Origin: an uncultured Desulfuromonadaceae bacterium
Lineage (GTDB): Bacteria; SDB-A
NCBI GenBank assembly: GCA_964397545.1
Contig: CAYNIW010000001.1
Coordinates: 24,714-88,713, forward strand
Direction: 5' to 3'
Length of the DNA: 64,000 bases
Shown piece after piece: positions 44,758 through 54,948 of this stretch (positions are counted from its first letter, which is position 1; each line of letters starts with the position of its first letter). Made by a program: the position numbers and the translations under genes. Under the pieces are notes generated by a model. It was not told the DNA's origin and did not search any database. It saw only the letters and a program-made list of their open reading frames with translations.

Positions 44758-44803
44758 CTTTGTCTGACAAGACTTATGTCTGGCAAGACCTTTGTCTGAG
44801 AAG
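44758..44803. repeat. Three tandem imperfect repeats of about 16 bp (tgtctgRcaagac-type)
   Basis: ctttgtctgacaagac / ttatgtctggcaagacc / tttgtctgagaag read directly from the sequence, between convergent genes. Confidence 0.55.
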
Positions 44804-44827
44804 TGTTTATTTGAATGGAAATATGGA

Positions 44828-44851
44828 AAGGGCGGGATGAACCCGCCCTTT
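44828..44851 (-). terminator. Hairpin terminator downstream of the T9SS cargo gene
   Basis: Stem aaagggcggg/cccgcccttt with loop atgaa just after the minus-strand stop at 44860. Confidence 0.5.
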
Positions 44852-44859
44852 AGATAAGT

Positions 44860-46878
44860 TTAGTTGACTCTTGTAAATTTGCCAGTGAAAATGTTCGAGC
44901 CGGCAGTCACTTTGTAGAAATAGACGCCGTTTGAGACATTTTCGGAGTTCCACGAAAGAACTGAAGCCTGATTGACGGTTCCGGTGAAAGGAACAGCCAC
45001 AAGCCTTCCCGTCGCGTCGAAAACCTCGAAACTGACCGACGAAGAAGAAGGAACTGTAACAGCGAGTCTCAAGATACTTCCGACCTGCGCGAGAGACCTT
45101 ACCGAGAAAGTTTCAGGAGCGGCTATCGGATTTTCTTCGACTGCGTTGGGTATCCTGATTGTGACATCGTCAATATAGAATCCGGGATAGGCCACAGAGC
45201 CGTCGGATCCGAAATCCCACTGCAGCCATATTGTCTGTCCGCCGTAGGAAGAAAGATCCATCATATACTGGTTCCATGCGTTCATTCCGGCTACGTGTCC
45301 CGTCCATATCGCCTGTCCGTTGAGCGGATTTGAAGTGTTCGCCGTTCCAGTGTATGCTGGTGTTACGCCGTTGAAAATCGAGAAAGTGGTTCCGTCGGTG
45401 GAAATCTTCATGTTTCCGCCGTCGTAGCTGGCTTCGGTGTCCCACCACATCCAGAAGAAGCATTCCGCGACTGACATGTCGGCAGGAAGCGTTATTCCTG
45501 GGGTCGTAAGCTGGGCGTTTGCACTGTTCGGATAGTTTCCCGCAAGAACGGTAGCCCATACGTTGGATCCGCTATGTGCCGCTCCGGGTCCTGAAGTCGG
45601 TGCTCCCCACTGCCAGACATTCGCCGTTCCCGTTACCGTCATGTCTCCGCTGTCGGCTTCAAAGTCCTCGACGTAGAGATCGACGAACAGGAAAGTGTGG
45701 AAGTCAACCATTACGGTGTCGTTGCCGGGAGCTAGACCGGGTTCTGTGATGAAGGTGGCAGTGAAGTTGTGCCTATACCACCAGGATGTCCAGGTCGGAA
45801 ATACGCAGTGGAAAGAATCTCCGACTGCGAGGTTCGAAACCTGAATGGATTCAGAGTAAATTACGCCCGAAACCGATTCTTCTATTGTCAGATATGTCCA
45901 GAAAGACTGAGGTCCTGAACTCGTAGCGGAATTGAAGACCCAGCATTCAGGAGTCATGGGAGTCGCCGGAGGATAGAAGCCCTCGACGGGAACATCAACA
46001 TGGAGAATTCCGACGTCGTCCATAGAAAGAGCTATGGCGTAAGCAAAGTCCTGGTCTCCCTGGCAGAATCCGATAAGACAGGGGCCGAAACCGAGGAAGT
46101 TGGGGTAGTAATCTCCCCCGCCTGCCATTTTGTTTGTAAACCCGGCGGCAAAAGCCGGAACGGCGCAGTAGAGGGTTTCTCTCGTCCAAGTTCCGTTGTG
46201 GTAGTTGAGGCCGAACCATGTGCATTCCCATCCGCCTGGGTTTGTCACCTGTCCGTGATACCACACTTTGTCGTTTTCCGGAACCAGAGCTGATCCGTAA
46301 ACGGCATAATCACCTGTTCCGCTCCAGGGTGAACCGCTCTTCTGAAATCTTCCCATGGAAGTGCCGAAGTTTCCTGTCCAGAAAGTGTCTCCTGGGACCC
46401 AAGCCATTGCCCTGTTGGGGTTGGACTGTCCCGTATATGTGTTGACCTGAGTCATCGAAAAAGGCGATAGACCCACGACGTAACCTCTGACTCCTGTCCC
46501 TGACTGGTCTCCGGCGTAGATCGTGTCGCCGGCGTCTCTGTCCATGTCTCTGTGCCCCCATGTTCCGGCGGCCTGTCCTGTCTGATTGACAGAGGCGACA
46601 TATGTTCCTGATACGTAGTTTATCAGAAGAAAAACAGGCTGTGCTGTGTTGGCGTCTGTGATTATCATGAGAGAGTCGTCTATGACCTCGACTCCGAGGA
46701 GTCTGTTGCTCGCGACTCCGCCGAGTCCTTCAACGACGAGAGACCACACCAACGGCAGTTCTATGGCGTCGTTGTTATCCGGTAGAGAAGGGATGAAAGG
46801 CGCTCTGTCGGTGTTGTCGTTAGCGAGCATCGGCGCGGCAATCATGGCGAAAACCGCAAGTATTACCATTAACCTCAT
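44860..46878 (-). CDS. Secreted protein with type IX secretion C-terminal sorting domain (T9SS cargo)
   Basis: N-terminal signal peptide; C-terminal ~80 aa carries CTD hallmarks FEVFDATGRLV ... GVYFYKV ... GKFTRVN; 672 aa. Confidence 0.75.
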   Translation of the reverse strand: MRLMVILAVFAMIAAPMLANDNTDRAPFIPSLPDNNDAIELPLVWSLVVEGLGGVASNRLLGVEVIDDSLMIITDANTAQPVFLLINYVSGTYVASVNQTGQAAGTWGHRDMDRDAGDTIYAGDQSGTGVRGYVVGLSPFSMTQVNTYTGQSNPNRAMAWVPGDTFWTGNFGTSMGRFQKSGSPWSGTGDYAVYGSALVPENDKVWYHGQVTNPGGWECTWFGLNYHNGTWTRETLYCAVPAFAAGFTNKMAGGGDYYPNFLGFGPCLIGFCQGDQDFAYAIALSMDDVGILHVDVPVEGFYPPATPMTPECWVFNSATSSGPQSFWTYLTIEESVSGVIYSESIQVSNLAVGDSFHCVFPTWTSWWYRHNFTATFITEPGLAPGNDTVMVDFHTFLFVDLYVEDFEADSGDMTVTGTANVWQWGAPTSGPGAAHSGSNVWATVLAGNYPNSANAQLTTPGITLPADMSVAECFFWMWWDTEASYDGGNMKISTDGTTFSIFNGVTPAYTGTANTSNPLNGQAIWTGHVAGMNAWNQYMMDLSSYGGQTIWLQWDFGSDGSVAYPGFYIDDVTIRIPNAVEENPIAAPETFSVRSLAQVGSILRLAVTVPSSSSVSFEVFDATGRLVAVPFTGTVNQASVLSWNSENVSNGVYFYKVTAGSNIFTGKFTRVN

Positions 46879-47021
46879 TCGTCCTCCTTTGATTAGGTTC
46901 TTTTACCTGCTGTCTAATACTGTCTGTAAATTATCGGAAGGATTAGGCAAAAATGTCAAGCGTAATTTAATTTAACCTGGGATTGTCTTTGTTGTTTTTT
47001 TGCTGTTATACTGAACGGGTC

Positions 47022-48542
47022 ATGTTCTACGATATCGCGGTCATAATCCTCTATTCGGCGGCTGTAATTGCCGTCGGTTATTTTGCCGGGAAAAAAGAGT
47101 CATCCGCCGAAGACTTCTTTTTAGCCCGGAGGACAATGAAGTGGTGGGCTGTCACAATCTCTGTTTATGCGACTGCCCTCTCGGCGATGACTTTCATAGG
47201 CGTCCCCGGTTCTGTTGTCGCGCCGGGAGGCGATTTTAACTATCTTCAACTCGCCTTCGGCGACCTTTTTGCCAGAGTTTTCGTATCTTTTATAATGCTG
47301 AAGGCGTTTTACGGCAGAAAAGTTATGACCCCCTACGAATTTCTGGGAATTAGATTCGGTAGAGCCACATGGGTATCGTCTTCGGCAGTATACATAGTAA
47401 GTAGAATTCTTGCAAGCTCTGTCAGACTCGCGGCTTGTGCAATCGGACTCTCTGTGATATTCGGCATCTCCTTCGGGGCGTCAGTTTTCTATGTCTGCGT
47501 GATAGCGCTTTTATACACCTCTTTTGGAGGTATAAAAGCCGTGATTTGGACCGATTTTTTTCAGTTCTGCCTTTTCATCGCCGCCGCTATTTTCACGGTA
47601 GCTTTCATTTTCAAGTCGCTGCCCCATGGTTTCGCGGAATTTTTTTCCTTAGGCGTCCAGGAGGGAAAATTCACGATTTTTCACCTGTCATTCGACAGCT
47701 CATCTCCGGATTTTATATTCAATTTCTCAAGCTCGAAGTCATTTCTCGCCGGATCCCTTTTCGGTTTTTTCACGACTCTGGCAGTCATGGGGACAGATCA
47801 GGATTTTGTCCAGCGGACCCTGACCTGCAAAAATCTCGGAGACAGCAGAAAAGCCCTTATGTATTCGGCTCTTTTGAATTTTCCCGTAACTTTACTTTTT
47901 TTGACAGTCGGCGCGGCGCTTTTTGCCTACTATAAAGTTATGCCCCACGACTCTGTCGCGGCGTCATACCTTTCCCAAAATCCTGATTATCTTTTCCCGT
48001 ATTTCATAAAAACCGTCCTTCCTCCGGGAGCGAGAGGGCTTTTGATAGCCGGGCTTCTCGCCGCGGCAATGTCTTCAATAGACTCTTCCGCCAATTCTCT
48101 TGCCTCGTCTTTTTTCAGGGATATTCTGAAAAATTTCTGCACTATCGCTGAAAAAAAATCCGTGCTAATCGCAAGAGGGCTCGTAATAATTTTCGTGGCA
48201 ATTCTCGGCGTCGTCGCGATTTTCTTCGGCAGAACCCAGTCCGTCCTGTGGCTCGGTTTCAAGGTCTTCGGATATTCCTACGGCGCTCTGCTCGGGGTCA
48301 TGCTCGCGGCAATAGCCACAAAAAGAAGAGGCAAAGACGTCTTAAACGTCTTTTCAATGGTTTCGAGTTTTTTACTGGTGGTTTTCATGACAACCCAGAA
48401 TATCGGAATTCTCACTCCGGTGCGTTCTTTTCTCCTCAGGCCGCTGGGTGTAGATATGATAGCATGGCCATGGTCAATAATACTCGGCACTTTTTGGACT
48501 TTCTTTACAGTCATCCTGTTCAGTGACAAAAAAACAAATTGA
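47022..48542 (+). CDS. Sodium:solute symporter family transporter
   Basis: About 13 TM helices with SSF-like N-terminal region; start at internal ATG 47022 (MFYDIAV). Confidence 0.75.
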   Translation: MFYDIAVIILYSAAVIAVGYFAGKKESSAEDFFLARRTMKWWAVTISVYATALSAMTFIGVPGSVVAPGGDFNYLQLAFGDLFARVFVSFIMLKAFYGRKVMTPYEFLGIRFGRATWVSSSAVYIVSRILASSVRLAACAIGLSVIFGISFGASVFYVCVIALLYTSFGGIKAVIWTDFFQFCLFIAAAIFTVAFIFKSLPHGFAEFFSLGVQEGKFTIFHLSFDSSSPDFIFNFSSSKSFLAGSLFGFFTTLAVMGTDQDFVQRTLTCKNLGDSRKALMYSALLNFPVTLLFLTVGAALFAYYKVMPHDSVAASYLSQNPDYLFPYFIKTVLPPGARGLLIAGLLAAAMSSIDSSANSLASSFFRDILKNFCTIAEKKSVLIARGLVIIFVAILGVVAIFFGRTQSVLWLGFKVFGYSYGALLGVMLAAIATKRRGKDVLNVFSMVSSFLLVVFMTTQNIGILTPVRSFLLRPLGVDMIAWPWSIILGTFWTFFTVILFSDKKTN

Positions 48543-48558
48543 AAAATCCTGAGTCAAG

Positions 48559-50520
48559 ATGAAACCCTTCAAGCTCCTGATAGATTACGAAAAAGAACTC
48601 AACGAAGAACAGCTTGACGCCGTCCGTCATGTTGACGGCCCGCTTCTTGTTATAGCAGGCGCGGGAAGCGGAAAGACAAGAACACTCGTCTACAGGGTCG
48701 CTTTTCTCGTCGAAAACAGAATACAGGCTCAGAACATACTGCTGTTGACTTTCACAAGAAAAGCCGCTCAGGAGATGCTCAGAAGAGCTTCGACGCTTCT
48801 CGACGAGAGGTGTTCAAACGTAGCGGGAGGAACTTACCATTCTTTTTCATATCTTATTCTCAGAAAATACGCTGACAGGATAGGATTCAAAAGAGGTTTT
48901 ACGGTTCTCGACAGGTCGGATTCGGAAGATCTGATAAACCTGATAAGAGCCGATATTGGCCTCTCTTCGAAAGAGACGAGGTTTCCGAGAAAAGACACCC
49001 TCGGAGACATATTCAGCAAAGCAGCCAACTGTCTTACAGACGCGACGGCAATCGTAGAAAAACAGTATCCTCAGTTTTACCATCTCTCTGAGGATATTGA
49101 AGTCGTGAGAAAAAGATATGAAGAGACCAAAAAAGAGGACAACCTCATGGATTACGACGACCTGCTCGTCTACCTGAAAGAGCTTTTGGAAAAAAACCCG
49201 GGGACAAGAGAAAAGCTGAGTTCTTTTTACAGATATATCATGGTGGATGAATATCAGGACACAAACAAAATTCAGTCCCGAATAACATCTCTGCTCGCTT
49301 CCGGGCACGGCAATGTCATGGCGGTCGGAGACGATTCACAGAGCATATATTCCTTCAGAGGGGCAAATTTCAAAAACATCATGGATTTTCCCAATCTTTT
49401 TCCGGGAACAAAAATTGTGACCATAGAGAAGAACTACAGAAGCACAGCGCCAATTCTCAATCTGACAAACGAAATAATTTCTTTTGCATCAGAGAAATAT
49501 TCAAAAAAACTCAGAACAGACATCAGAGGGGGAAGAAAACCTTTTTTTGTCGAAACTCAGGATGAAAACGAACAGTCACGTTTTGTATCTTATAAAATAC
49601 TCGAACTTCGTGAAGAAGGAGTCTCTCTCAACGAAATGGCTGTCCTGTTCAGAGCGGGGTGGCATTCAAACGACCTTGAGCTGGAGCTTAAAAAATTCGG
49701 AATCCCGTTCAGAAAGTTCGGAGGGATAAAGTTCACCGATGCTTCCCACGTAAAAGACGTTTTGGCTTATCTTAAGGCTTTCAAAAATCCGAAAGATTCA
49801 GTCAGCTGGTTCAGGATTCTCAAGCTGATAGAAGGGATAGGTTCCAAGACAGCTCAAATCCTGCACGCGGAGGTAGGACGAAATGGCGGCATAGAAAAGG
49901 TTGAAAAAAAACTTTATTCGTCTAAAATCTACTGTTCGGTCCTGGAAGAGCTGAAAAAAACCGCTTCTTTTGTGAACGACGAGACGACAAGGGCTTCAGA
50001 TGCCGTAAGAACCGTTCTCGATTTTTACAGAGAAATTTTCATGAGAGTTTACAGCGAAGATTATCCCAAAAGAGCCAACGATTTAGATTCGCTCGTCATC
50101 GTAGCCGAAAGATATTCCTCCGTTGAGGAGTTTTTGACCGATCTGACTCTCGAGCCTATAGAGAGGAGCCAGGCCGGGACGACGAGAGAAAATGACGAAG
50201 ACGAAATACTGACGCTCTCGACTGTCCATTCGGCGAAAGGGCTTGAGTGGAATTCTGTCTTCATACTTCAGCTTGTAGACGGATATTTTCCTTCTTCATA
50301 TTGTTTCGAGGAGCCCGAGGAAATGGAGGAGGAGAGAAGGCTTTTATACGTTGCGGCGACGAGGGCGAAGAGAAATCTTTATCTCGTAAAGCCGGGATAC
50401 CTCAACCCCGCGAGGAATTATTTCGGGTTCAGCTATTACGGCACTTCGCAGGTTTCGAGGTTCTTATCAGAGGGAAGAATTCTTCAGGATTTTGTCGAGA
50501 GGGTTAACGCTGATGTCTGA
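48559..50520 (+). CDS. uvrD: ATP-dependent DNA helicase, UvrD/PcrA/Rep family
   Basis: LNEEQLDAV ... AGAGSGKT Walker A, motif II MVDEYQDT, C-terminal helicase domain. Confidence 0.85.
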   Translation: MKPFKLLIDYEKELNEEQLDAVRHVDGPLLVIAGAGSGKTRTLVYRVAFLVENRIQAQNILLLTFTRKAAQEMLRRASTLLDERCSNVAGGTYHSFSYLILRKYADRIGFKRGFTVLDRSDSEDLINLIRADIGLSSKETRFPRKDTLGDIFSKAANCLTDATAIVEKQYPQFYHLSEDIEVVRKRYEETKKEDNLMDYDDLLVYLKELLEKNPGTREKLSSFYRYIMVDEYQDTNKIQSRITSLLASGHGNVMAVGDDSQSIYSFRGANFKNIMDFPNLFPGTKIVTIEKNYRSTAPILNLTNEIISFASEKYSKKLRTDIRGGRKPFFVETQDENEQSRFVSYKILELREEGVSLNEMAVLFRAGWHSNDLELELKKFGIPFRKFGGIKFTDASHVKDVLAYLKAFKNPKDSVSWFRILKLIEGIGSKTAQILHAEVGRNGGIEKVEKKLYSSKIYCSVLEELKKTASFVNDETTRASDAVRTVLDFYREIFMRVYSEDYPKRANDLDSLVIVAERYSSVEEFLTDLTLEPIERSQAGTTRENDEDEILTLSTVHSAKGLEWNSVFILQLVDGYFPSSYCFEEPEEMEEERRLLYVAATRAKRNLYLVKPGYLNPARNYFGFSYYGTSQVSRFLSEGRILQDFVERVNADV

Positions 50521-51430
50521 GGGCACAATTAAAGAAGTCTGCGGAAAGATAGTATCCGGTCTCAAGAATCTGGGTGCTGAGGTCTCAAAAGAAAAAGCTA
50601 TAGCGAACGGAGTCCAGTTTTACGTAGAGAGTCCTTTGGGGAAGGGTCATGTCCGGGTATATTCGAATAAAAAAAAAGGAACGGTGATTGACTGTTCACA
50701 GATAGACAGCGCGGAGCTCGCTGAAGCTGTCAAGCAAATCGGAAGCGGCAGTGCTCCCTTTTTTAGGAAAGAAAAAAAAGAAATGGAATATCCCATTATC
50801 GGAAGCGACGAGTCAGGCAAGGGGGATCTTTTCGGTCCTCTCGTCTGCGCGTCTGTTTTCGCCGACGAGCCGGATCTGTTAAAGCTTTCCAAAATGAACG
50901 TCAGGGATTCGAAAAAAAACAGCGATACTGCCAATCTCGCCTTATCCGATAATATAAAAAAATTTTTAGGGACGAAATCTCAAACGCTGATTCTGTCTCC
51001 CTGCGAGTATAACAAAACTTACGCAGAATTGGCAAAAAAAGGGAAAAACTTAAACGACCTGCTCTGTGAATGCCATAGACAATGCATTCTGGGACTTGCC
51101 AAGAGGCACAAGCCCAAGACAGTGGTTGTAGATAAATTTTCTTCATGTTCTTTTGACGGAGAAATTTTTGAAAGAACAGTGTTTTCATACAGAGCGGAAG
51201 AAAACCCTGTTGTAGCGGCGGCATCGGTCCTGGCGAGAGCGGCTTTTCTGACGGAGATTAAAAAAATGTCTCAAAAATACAAAATTGCAATACCGACGGG
51301 CTCGTCGGAAAAAGCGTATTTAGCCGCAGTCAGGCTCGCCCAAAAACGGGGCAAAGACGAATTGCCAATGGCGCTGAAGACCAATTTTAAGACCGCGGCA
51401 AAGGTCTTGTCCTCTATTTTCTCGACATAA
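50513..51430 (+). CDS. rnhC: Ribonuclease HIII
   Basis: N-terminal TBP-like domain followed by RNase H fold with IGSDESGKGDLFGPLV catalytic motif; start at ATG 50513 overlapping the uvrD stop. Confidence 0.7.
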   Translation: MSEGTIKEVCGKIVSGLKNLGAEVSKEKAIANGVQFYVESPLGKGHVRVYSNKKKGTVIDCSQIDSAELAEAVKQIGSGSAPFFRKEKKEMEYPIIGSDESGKGDLFGPLVCASVFADEPDLLKLSKMNVRDSKKNSDTANLALSDNIKKFLGTKSQTLILSPCEYNKTYAELAKKGKNLNDLLCECHRQCILGLAKRHKPKTVVVDKFSSCSFDGEIFERTVFSYRAEENPVVAAASVLARAAFLTEIKKMSQKYKIAIPTGSSEKAYLAAVRLAQKRGKDELPMALKTNFKTAAKVLSSIFST

Positions 51431-51478
51431 GAAGGGGAAAAAGAGTAAAATTCATTTTAAGATAAAAAAGGAGATTTA

Positions 51479-52780
51479 ATGCCTGTAACCGCGGTAGTAG
51501 GAGCCAATTGGGGAGATGAGGGGAAGGGAAAAATGACGGATTATTTCGCAAAAAATTCCGACATAGTAGTTCGATTTCAGGGGGGAAACAACGCGGGGCA
51601 TACCATAATTAACGATTTCGGAAAGTTTGCACTTCATCTTCTGCCTTCCGGTGTGTTCTACGGTCACGTCACTAATGTCCTGGGCCCCGGAGTGGCTCTG
51701 AACATAAGAAGTTTCATCCAAGAGCTCGAGATGCTCGGAAAAAGCGGCGTCCCGGCGCCAAAAATACTCGTGTCTGACAGGGCTCAGGTCGTAATGCCTT
51801 ATCACCTGCTCTTTGACGCATGCGAAGAAGAGAGGCTGAAGGAGAAAAAATTCGGTTCGACGAAATCGGGAATCGCGCCTTTTTATTCGGACAAATACCT
51901 CAAGACGGGAATAGAAGTGTCACAGCTTTTCGACAGAAAAAATCTTTCTGATGCGGTGAGAAAAACAGTGGAGATAAGAAATGTAGTGCTCCAAAATCTT
52001 TACGGAAAAAAATCTCTCGAAGCAGAAGAGATTATTGAGGAAATGGAAAGACAGGCGGAAATAATAAAACCTTTTCTCGCTGACACGACAATATTTTTGA
52101 GAAACGCTCTTGATGAAAAGAAAAAAATACTCCTCGAGGGACAGCTCGGGACTTTGAGAGATCCCGATCACGGTATCTATCCTTATTCTACTTCTTCTTC
52201 ACCTTTGGCGGGTTTCGCCGCCGTTGGAGCTGGTGTCCCCCCTTACGAAATAAAAGAAGTGGTTGCCGTTGTAAAGGCTTATTCAACCTGCGTCGGAAGC
52301 GGACCTTTTGCCACGGAGATATTCGGCGAAGAAGCCGAAGAGCTGAGAAAAAGAGGAGGAGACGCCGGAGAATACGGAGCGACTACGGGCAGACCCCGCA
52401 GAATGGGCTGGTTCGACTGCGTCGCGACGAGATACGGATGCATGGTTCAGGGAGCGACGCAGGCTGTCCTGACAAATCTCGATGTCCTCGGTTATCTTGA
52501 AAAAATACCTTTATGCACCGCATACGATACGGAAAAGGGCAGTAAAATAAAAAACTTTCCGACGACGACAGTCCTCCAAAAATGCCTGCCAGTCTATGAA
52601 TATATGGAGGGATGGAAAAAAGACGTCTCAAAAACGGAGAAATTCGAAGACCTTCCCGACGAGGCGAAAAGGTATCTGGAAAGGATAGAGAAAGAAATCC
52701 GAATCCCTGTGTCATGGGTGTCTGTTGGACCTAGGCGCGCCGAGCTCATAAAAAGAGACGGCGCGCGCATATTCAGCTGA
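51479..52780 (+). CDS. purA: Adenylosuccinate synthetase
   Basis: GANWGDEGKGK P-loop and GGNNAGHT motifs. Confidence 0.9.
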   Translation: MPVTAVVGANWGDEGKGKMTDYFAKNSDIVVRFQGGNNAGHTIINDFGKFALHLLPSGVFYGHVTNVLGPGVALNIRSFIQELEMLGKSGVPAPKILVSDRAQVVMPYHLLFDACEEERLKEKKFGSTKSGIAPFYSDKYLKTGIEVSQLFDRKNLSDAVRKTVEIRNVVLQNLYGKKSLEAEEIIEEMERQAEIIKPFLADTTIFLRNALDEKKKILLEGQLGTLRDPDHGIYPYSTSSSPLAGFAAVGAGVPPYEIKEVVAVVKAYSTCVGSGPFATEIFGEEAEELRKRGGDAGEYGATTGRPRRMGWFDCVATRYGCMVQGATQAVLTNLDVLGYLEKIPLCTAYDTEKGSKIKNFPTTTVLQKCLPVYEYMEGWKKDVSKTEKFEDLPDEAKRYLERIEKEIRIPVSWVSVGPRRAELIKRDGARIFS

Positions 52781-52809
52781 AAATTTCAGAATTTTCGTCA
52801 GAACTTTCG

Positions 52810-53739
52810 TCAGAAAAGAGACAGATAAATTTTAGCTCTCTCTTCGGCAGGACCTTTCATGCCTGTGTAAAAATTCGTGAAAGTTATGGTTCCGCCGTTT
52901 GTCCCCCCCTCTTTCCACCTGAAGGCTACGGGAGATTCGGAAAGCCATTGACTGCCATCAACCGGAACGGTCGCGCGTATGAGGACGGTAGTCCCTGTCT
53001 GGACCATGCTAATCGGCGGGAAGGGCATCGCGAATACGACCCCAATTGTTCCTCCTGTGTATTCGGAGAGTTCCGAGTCTAATTCAACAGAAGTGGCGGT
53101 TCCCGCCACGCCTTCTCTCGTGTCTCTCTCGAACCTTCCCGGGAACATGTTCTGAAGCCAGAAATAAGCGTTGCCGGAGACGTAGAGGTAGTTGCCCTGC
53201 TGTTCTGCCCAGTTTTTAAGTTCGGCAGGATAAGAGGTCGCGGCATAACCGCTGTCGGAGACCAAAAAGACGTATTTTCTCTGGTTCAGATGGGAGGCGT
53301 TGAGGTCGGGGAGTCTCACTGAGTCATAGGCAATGCCGGCGGTTTTCAGGACTCCCGGCAGTTCGTCCCAAAAATATTTTCCGTAGACGACGAGAAAGTA
53401 TCCGCTCGTCGGGACTGTTGAATTGAGCGTCCTCGAAGACGTGTCGTTTTTGACGACGGTCACAGTCGCAGAAGCCGTGAAGACGCCCTTTGTCGCCGTC
53501 AGAACCTGATCGCCTGCGGGGACATTCTGAAGGAAGAAATAGCCGTCGGAGCCGGTCGTCGCGGTTACATTACCCGCCGTCACAGTGGCGCCGGGAACGG
53601 GCATTCCACCCGAGGGAAGGCGGAAATAACCGTCTATACAGCCGGCGTTGGTCGGCTGGGTAGGAGAGGAATCTTTTGTGCATGATGAGAAGGCAAAAAG
53701 AGCCAAAACGGCGATTGCCAAGATAGAAATATTTTTCAT
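52810..53739 (-). CDS. Secreted protein with carboxypeptidase-regulatory-like beta-sandwich domain, probable lipoprotein
   Basis: Start at ATG 53739 with aggagga RBS gives MKNISILAIAVLALFAFSSC lipoprotein signal; GATVTAGNVTATTGSDGYFFLQNVPAG region. Confidence 0.5.
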   Translation of the reverse strand: MKNISILAIAVLALFAFSSCTKDSSPTQPTNAGCIDGYFRLPSGGMPVPGATVTAGNVTATTGSDGYFFLQNVPAGDQVLTATKGVFTASATVTVVKNDTSSRTLNSTVPTSGYFLVVYGKYFWDELPGVLKTAGIAYDSVRLPDLNASHLNQRKYVFLVSDSGYAATSYPAELKNWAEQQGNYLYVSGNAYFWLQNMFPGRFERDTREGVAGTATSVELDSELSEYTGGTIGVVFAMPFPPISMVQTGTTVLIRATVPVDGSQWLSESPVAFRWKEGGTNGGTITFTNFYTGMKGPAEERAKIYLSLF

Positions 53740-53804
53740 CTGTCCTCCTTTTTGTTTAAGTCTAAAAAATTCTAACACAGACGGCATGTAAACTGAATGT
53801 CTCA

Positions 53805-54929
53805 TTATTTGACGGCGGTAAAAAGTTCGCTGACAGAGACGTTGTAGTGCAGTCTGTTGACGGTTGAAGCTATTCTCTTTGAAAGGCTGTGGAACTTGAC
53901 GAAATCGAGCTCAAGAATTTCGGGTATCTGGGGTATTGTGTCGGTGACGTGCATTTCCCTGAGCCCGTATTTTTCGTGAGCCTCGAGGAGCCCGGCGAGA
54001 TGTTTCTTTTTCATCTTAAGATGTGATATTGCGACATATATATCCTCTATGCCGTGGTTTGTATAAAGGTTTTTAGTCACGTTCAGAAAAGAACTGCCGG
54101 TCACTGTTTCGTCGTCTGTGATGAGGGCTGTTTTTTTTTCTTCGAGGTCGCCGATTACACCGAGCATGTCTGATTTGTCTTTGCTTTGGCGGAACTTGTT
54201 GACGATAGCGTGCGATATGCCCATGGCATCGGCAAAATGTATGGTGAACTTGGCTCCTCCGGAATCTGTTGAAACCGCTACCGCATCCTTTCGGTCTTTG
54301 AAAGAGGAAAAAATTTCAAGAAAAAGATCGAGGCCGCTGAGGGCGACAAGAGTCATGTCTGGTTCGTAGAGGCCGAAAAGAGAAAGAGCGTGAGGATGAT
54401 ATGTCAGGTGGATGTTTGCTCCCGCGACTTTGAGCTGGTCGGCGAAAAGCTTGGCGAGAGTGGCTTCCCTTTTCATAAAAGTCGGTTTGTCCTGCCTTGA
54501 ATAAGGAGAATAAGGCGTGACGACCGTAATTGTCTGAGCCCTGTGAGCTTTAAGTGTCCTTACTGCCTGCAGTAGCTGTTGGAGGTTTTCGTTTACAGTT
54601 TTGCCAGAGATGTTTTCGTGAATACACTGAAAAATAAAAGCGTTGGAACCCGCGACGTGCCTTGTGAGGCGCGGGCAGGTCTCCGAATCTTCGAAAATCA
54701 TCGTCAGAGGTTTTTCAAAGGTTCCGATTAAAGGTATCTCTTTCAGGTCGCTTCCGTTTATCCTCAGCATTTCCTCGTAATGTTCCTTCACGGATAAAGC
54801 GAGAGGGACTCCTGAATTGCAGGCGACAAACAAAAGCCAGCCGTTAGGCCCCAGCAGAAGGCGGCTCTTTGTCTTTTCGAATCTTTCCGGAGCAATGAAG
54901 TTTTGACTGAACTTGTCCATGTTTATCAT
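53805..54929 (-). CDS. Ribose-phosphate pyrophosphokinase (PRPP synthetase) family protein, divergent
   Basis: Parallels Prs in PYSPYSRQDK, HPHA, AVSTDSGG, TDDETVTGSS and TDTIPQ, but has an N-terminal extension and an altered PRPP-binding loop (VTGSS in place of DTGGT). Confidence 0.55.
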   Translation of the reverse strand: MINMDKFSQNFIAPERFEKTKSRLLLGPNGWLLFVACNSGVPLALSVKEHYEEMLRINGSDLKEIPLIGTFEKPLTMIFEDSETCPRLTRHVAGSNAFIFQCIHENISGKTVNENLQQLLQAVRTLKAHRAQTITVVTPYSPYSRQDKPTFMKREATLAKLFADQLKVAGANIHLTYHPHALSLFGLYEPDMTLVALSGLDLFLEIFSSFKDRKDAVAVSTDSGGAKFTIHFADAMGISHAIVNKFRQSKDKSDMLGVIGDLEEKKTALITDDETVTGSSFLNVTKNLYTNHGIEDIYVAISHLKMKKKHLAGLLEAHEKYGLREMHVTDTIPQIPEILELDFVKFHSLSKRIASTVNRLHYNVSVSELFTAVK

Positions 54930-54948
54930 TTATACCTCCATATTAAAT

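Noticed and set aside
47435-47935. 166-aa ORF on the plus strand within the symporter gene
   Set aside because: Alternate frame of a confident transporter CDS; the translation is Arg/Phe-rich with no motif.
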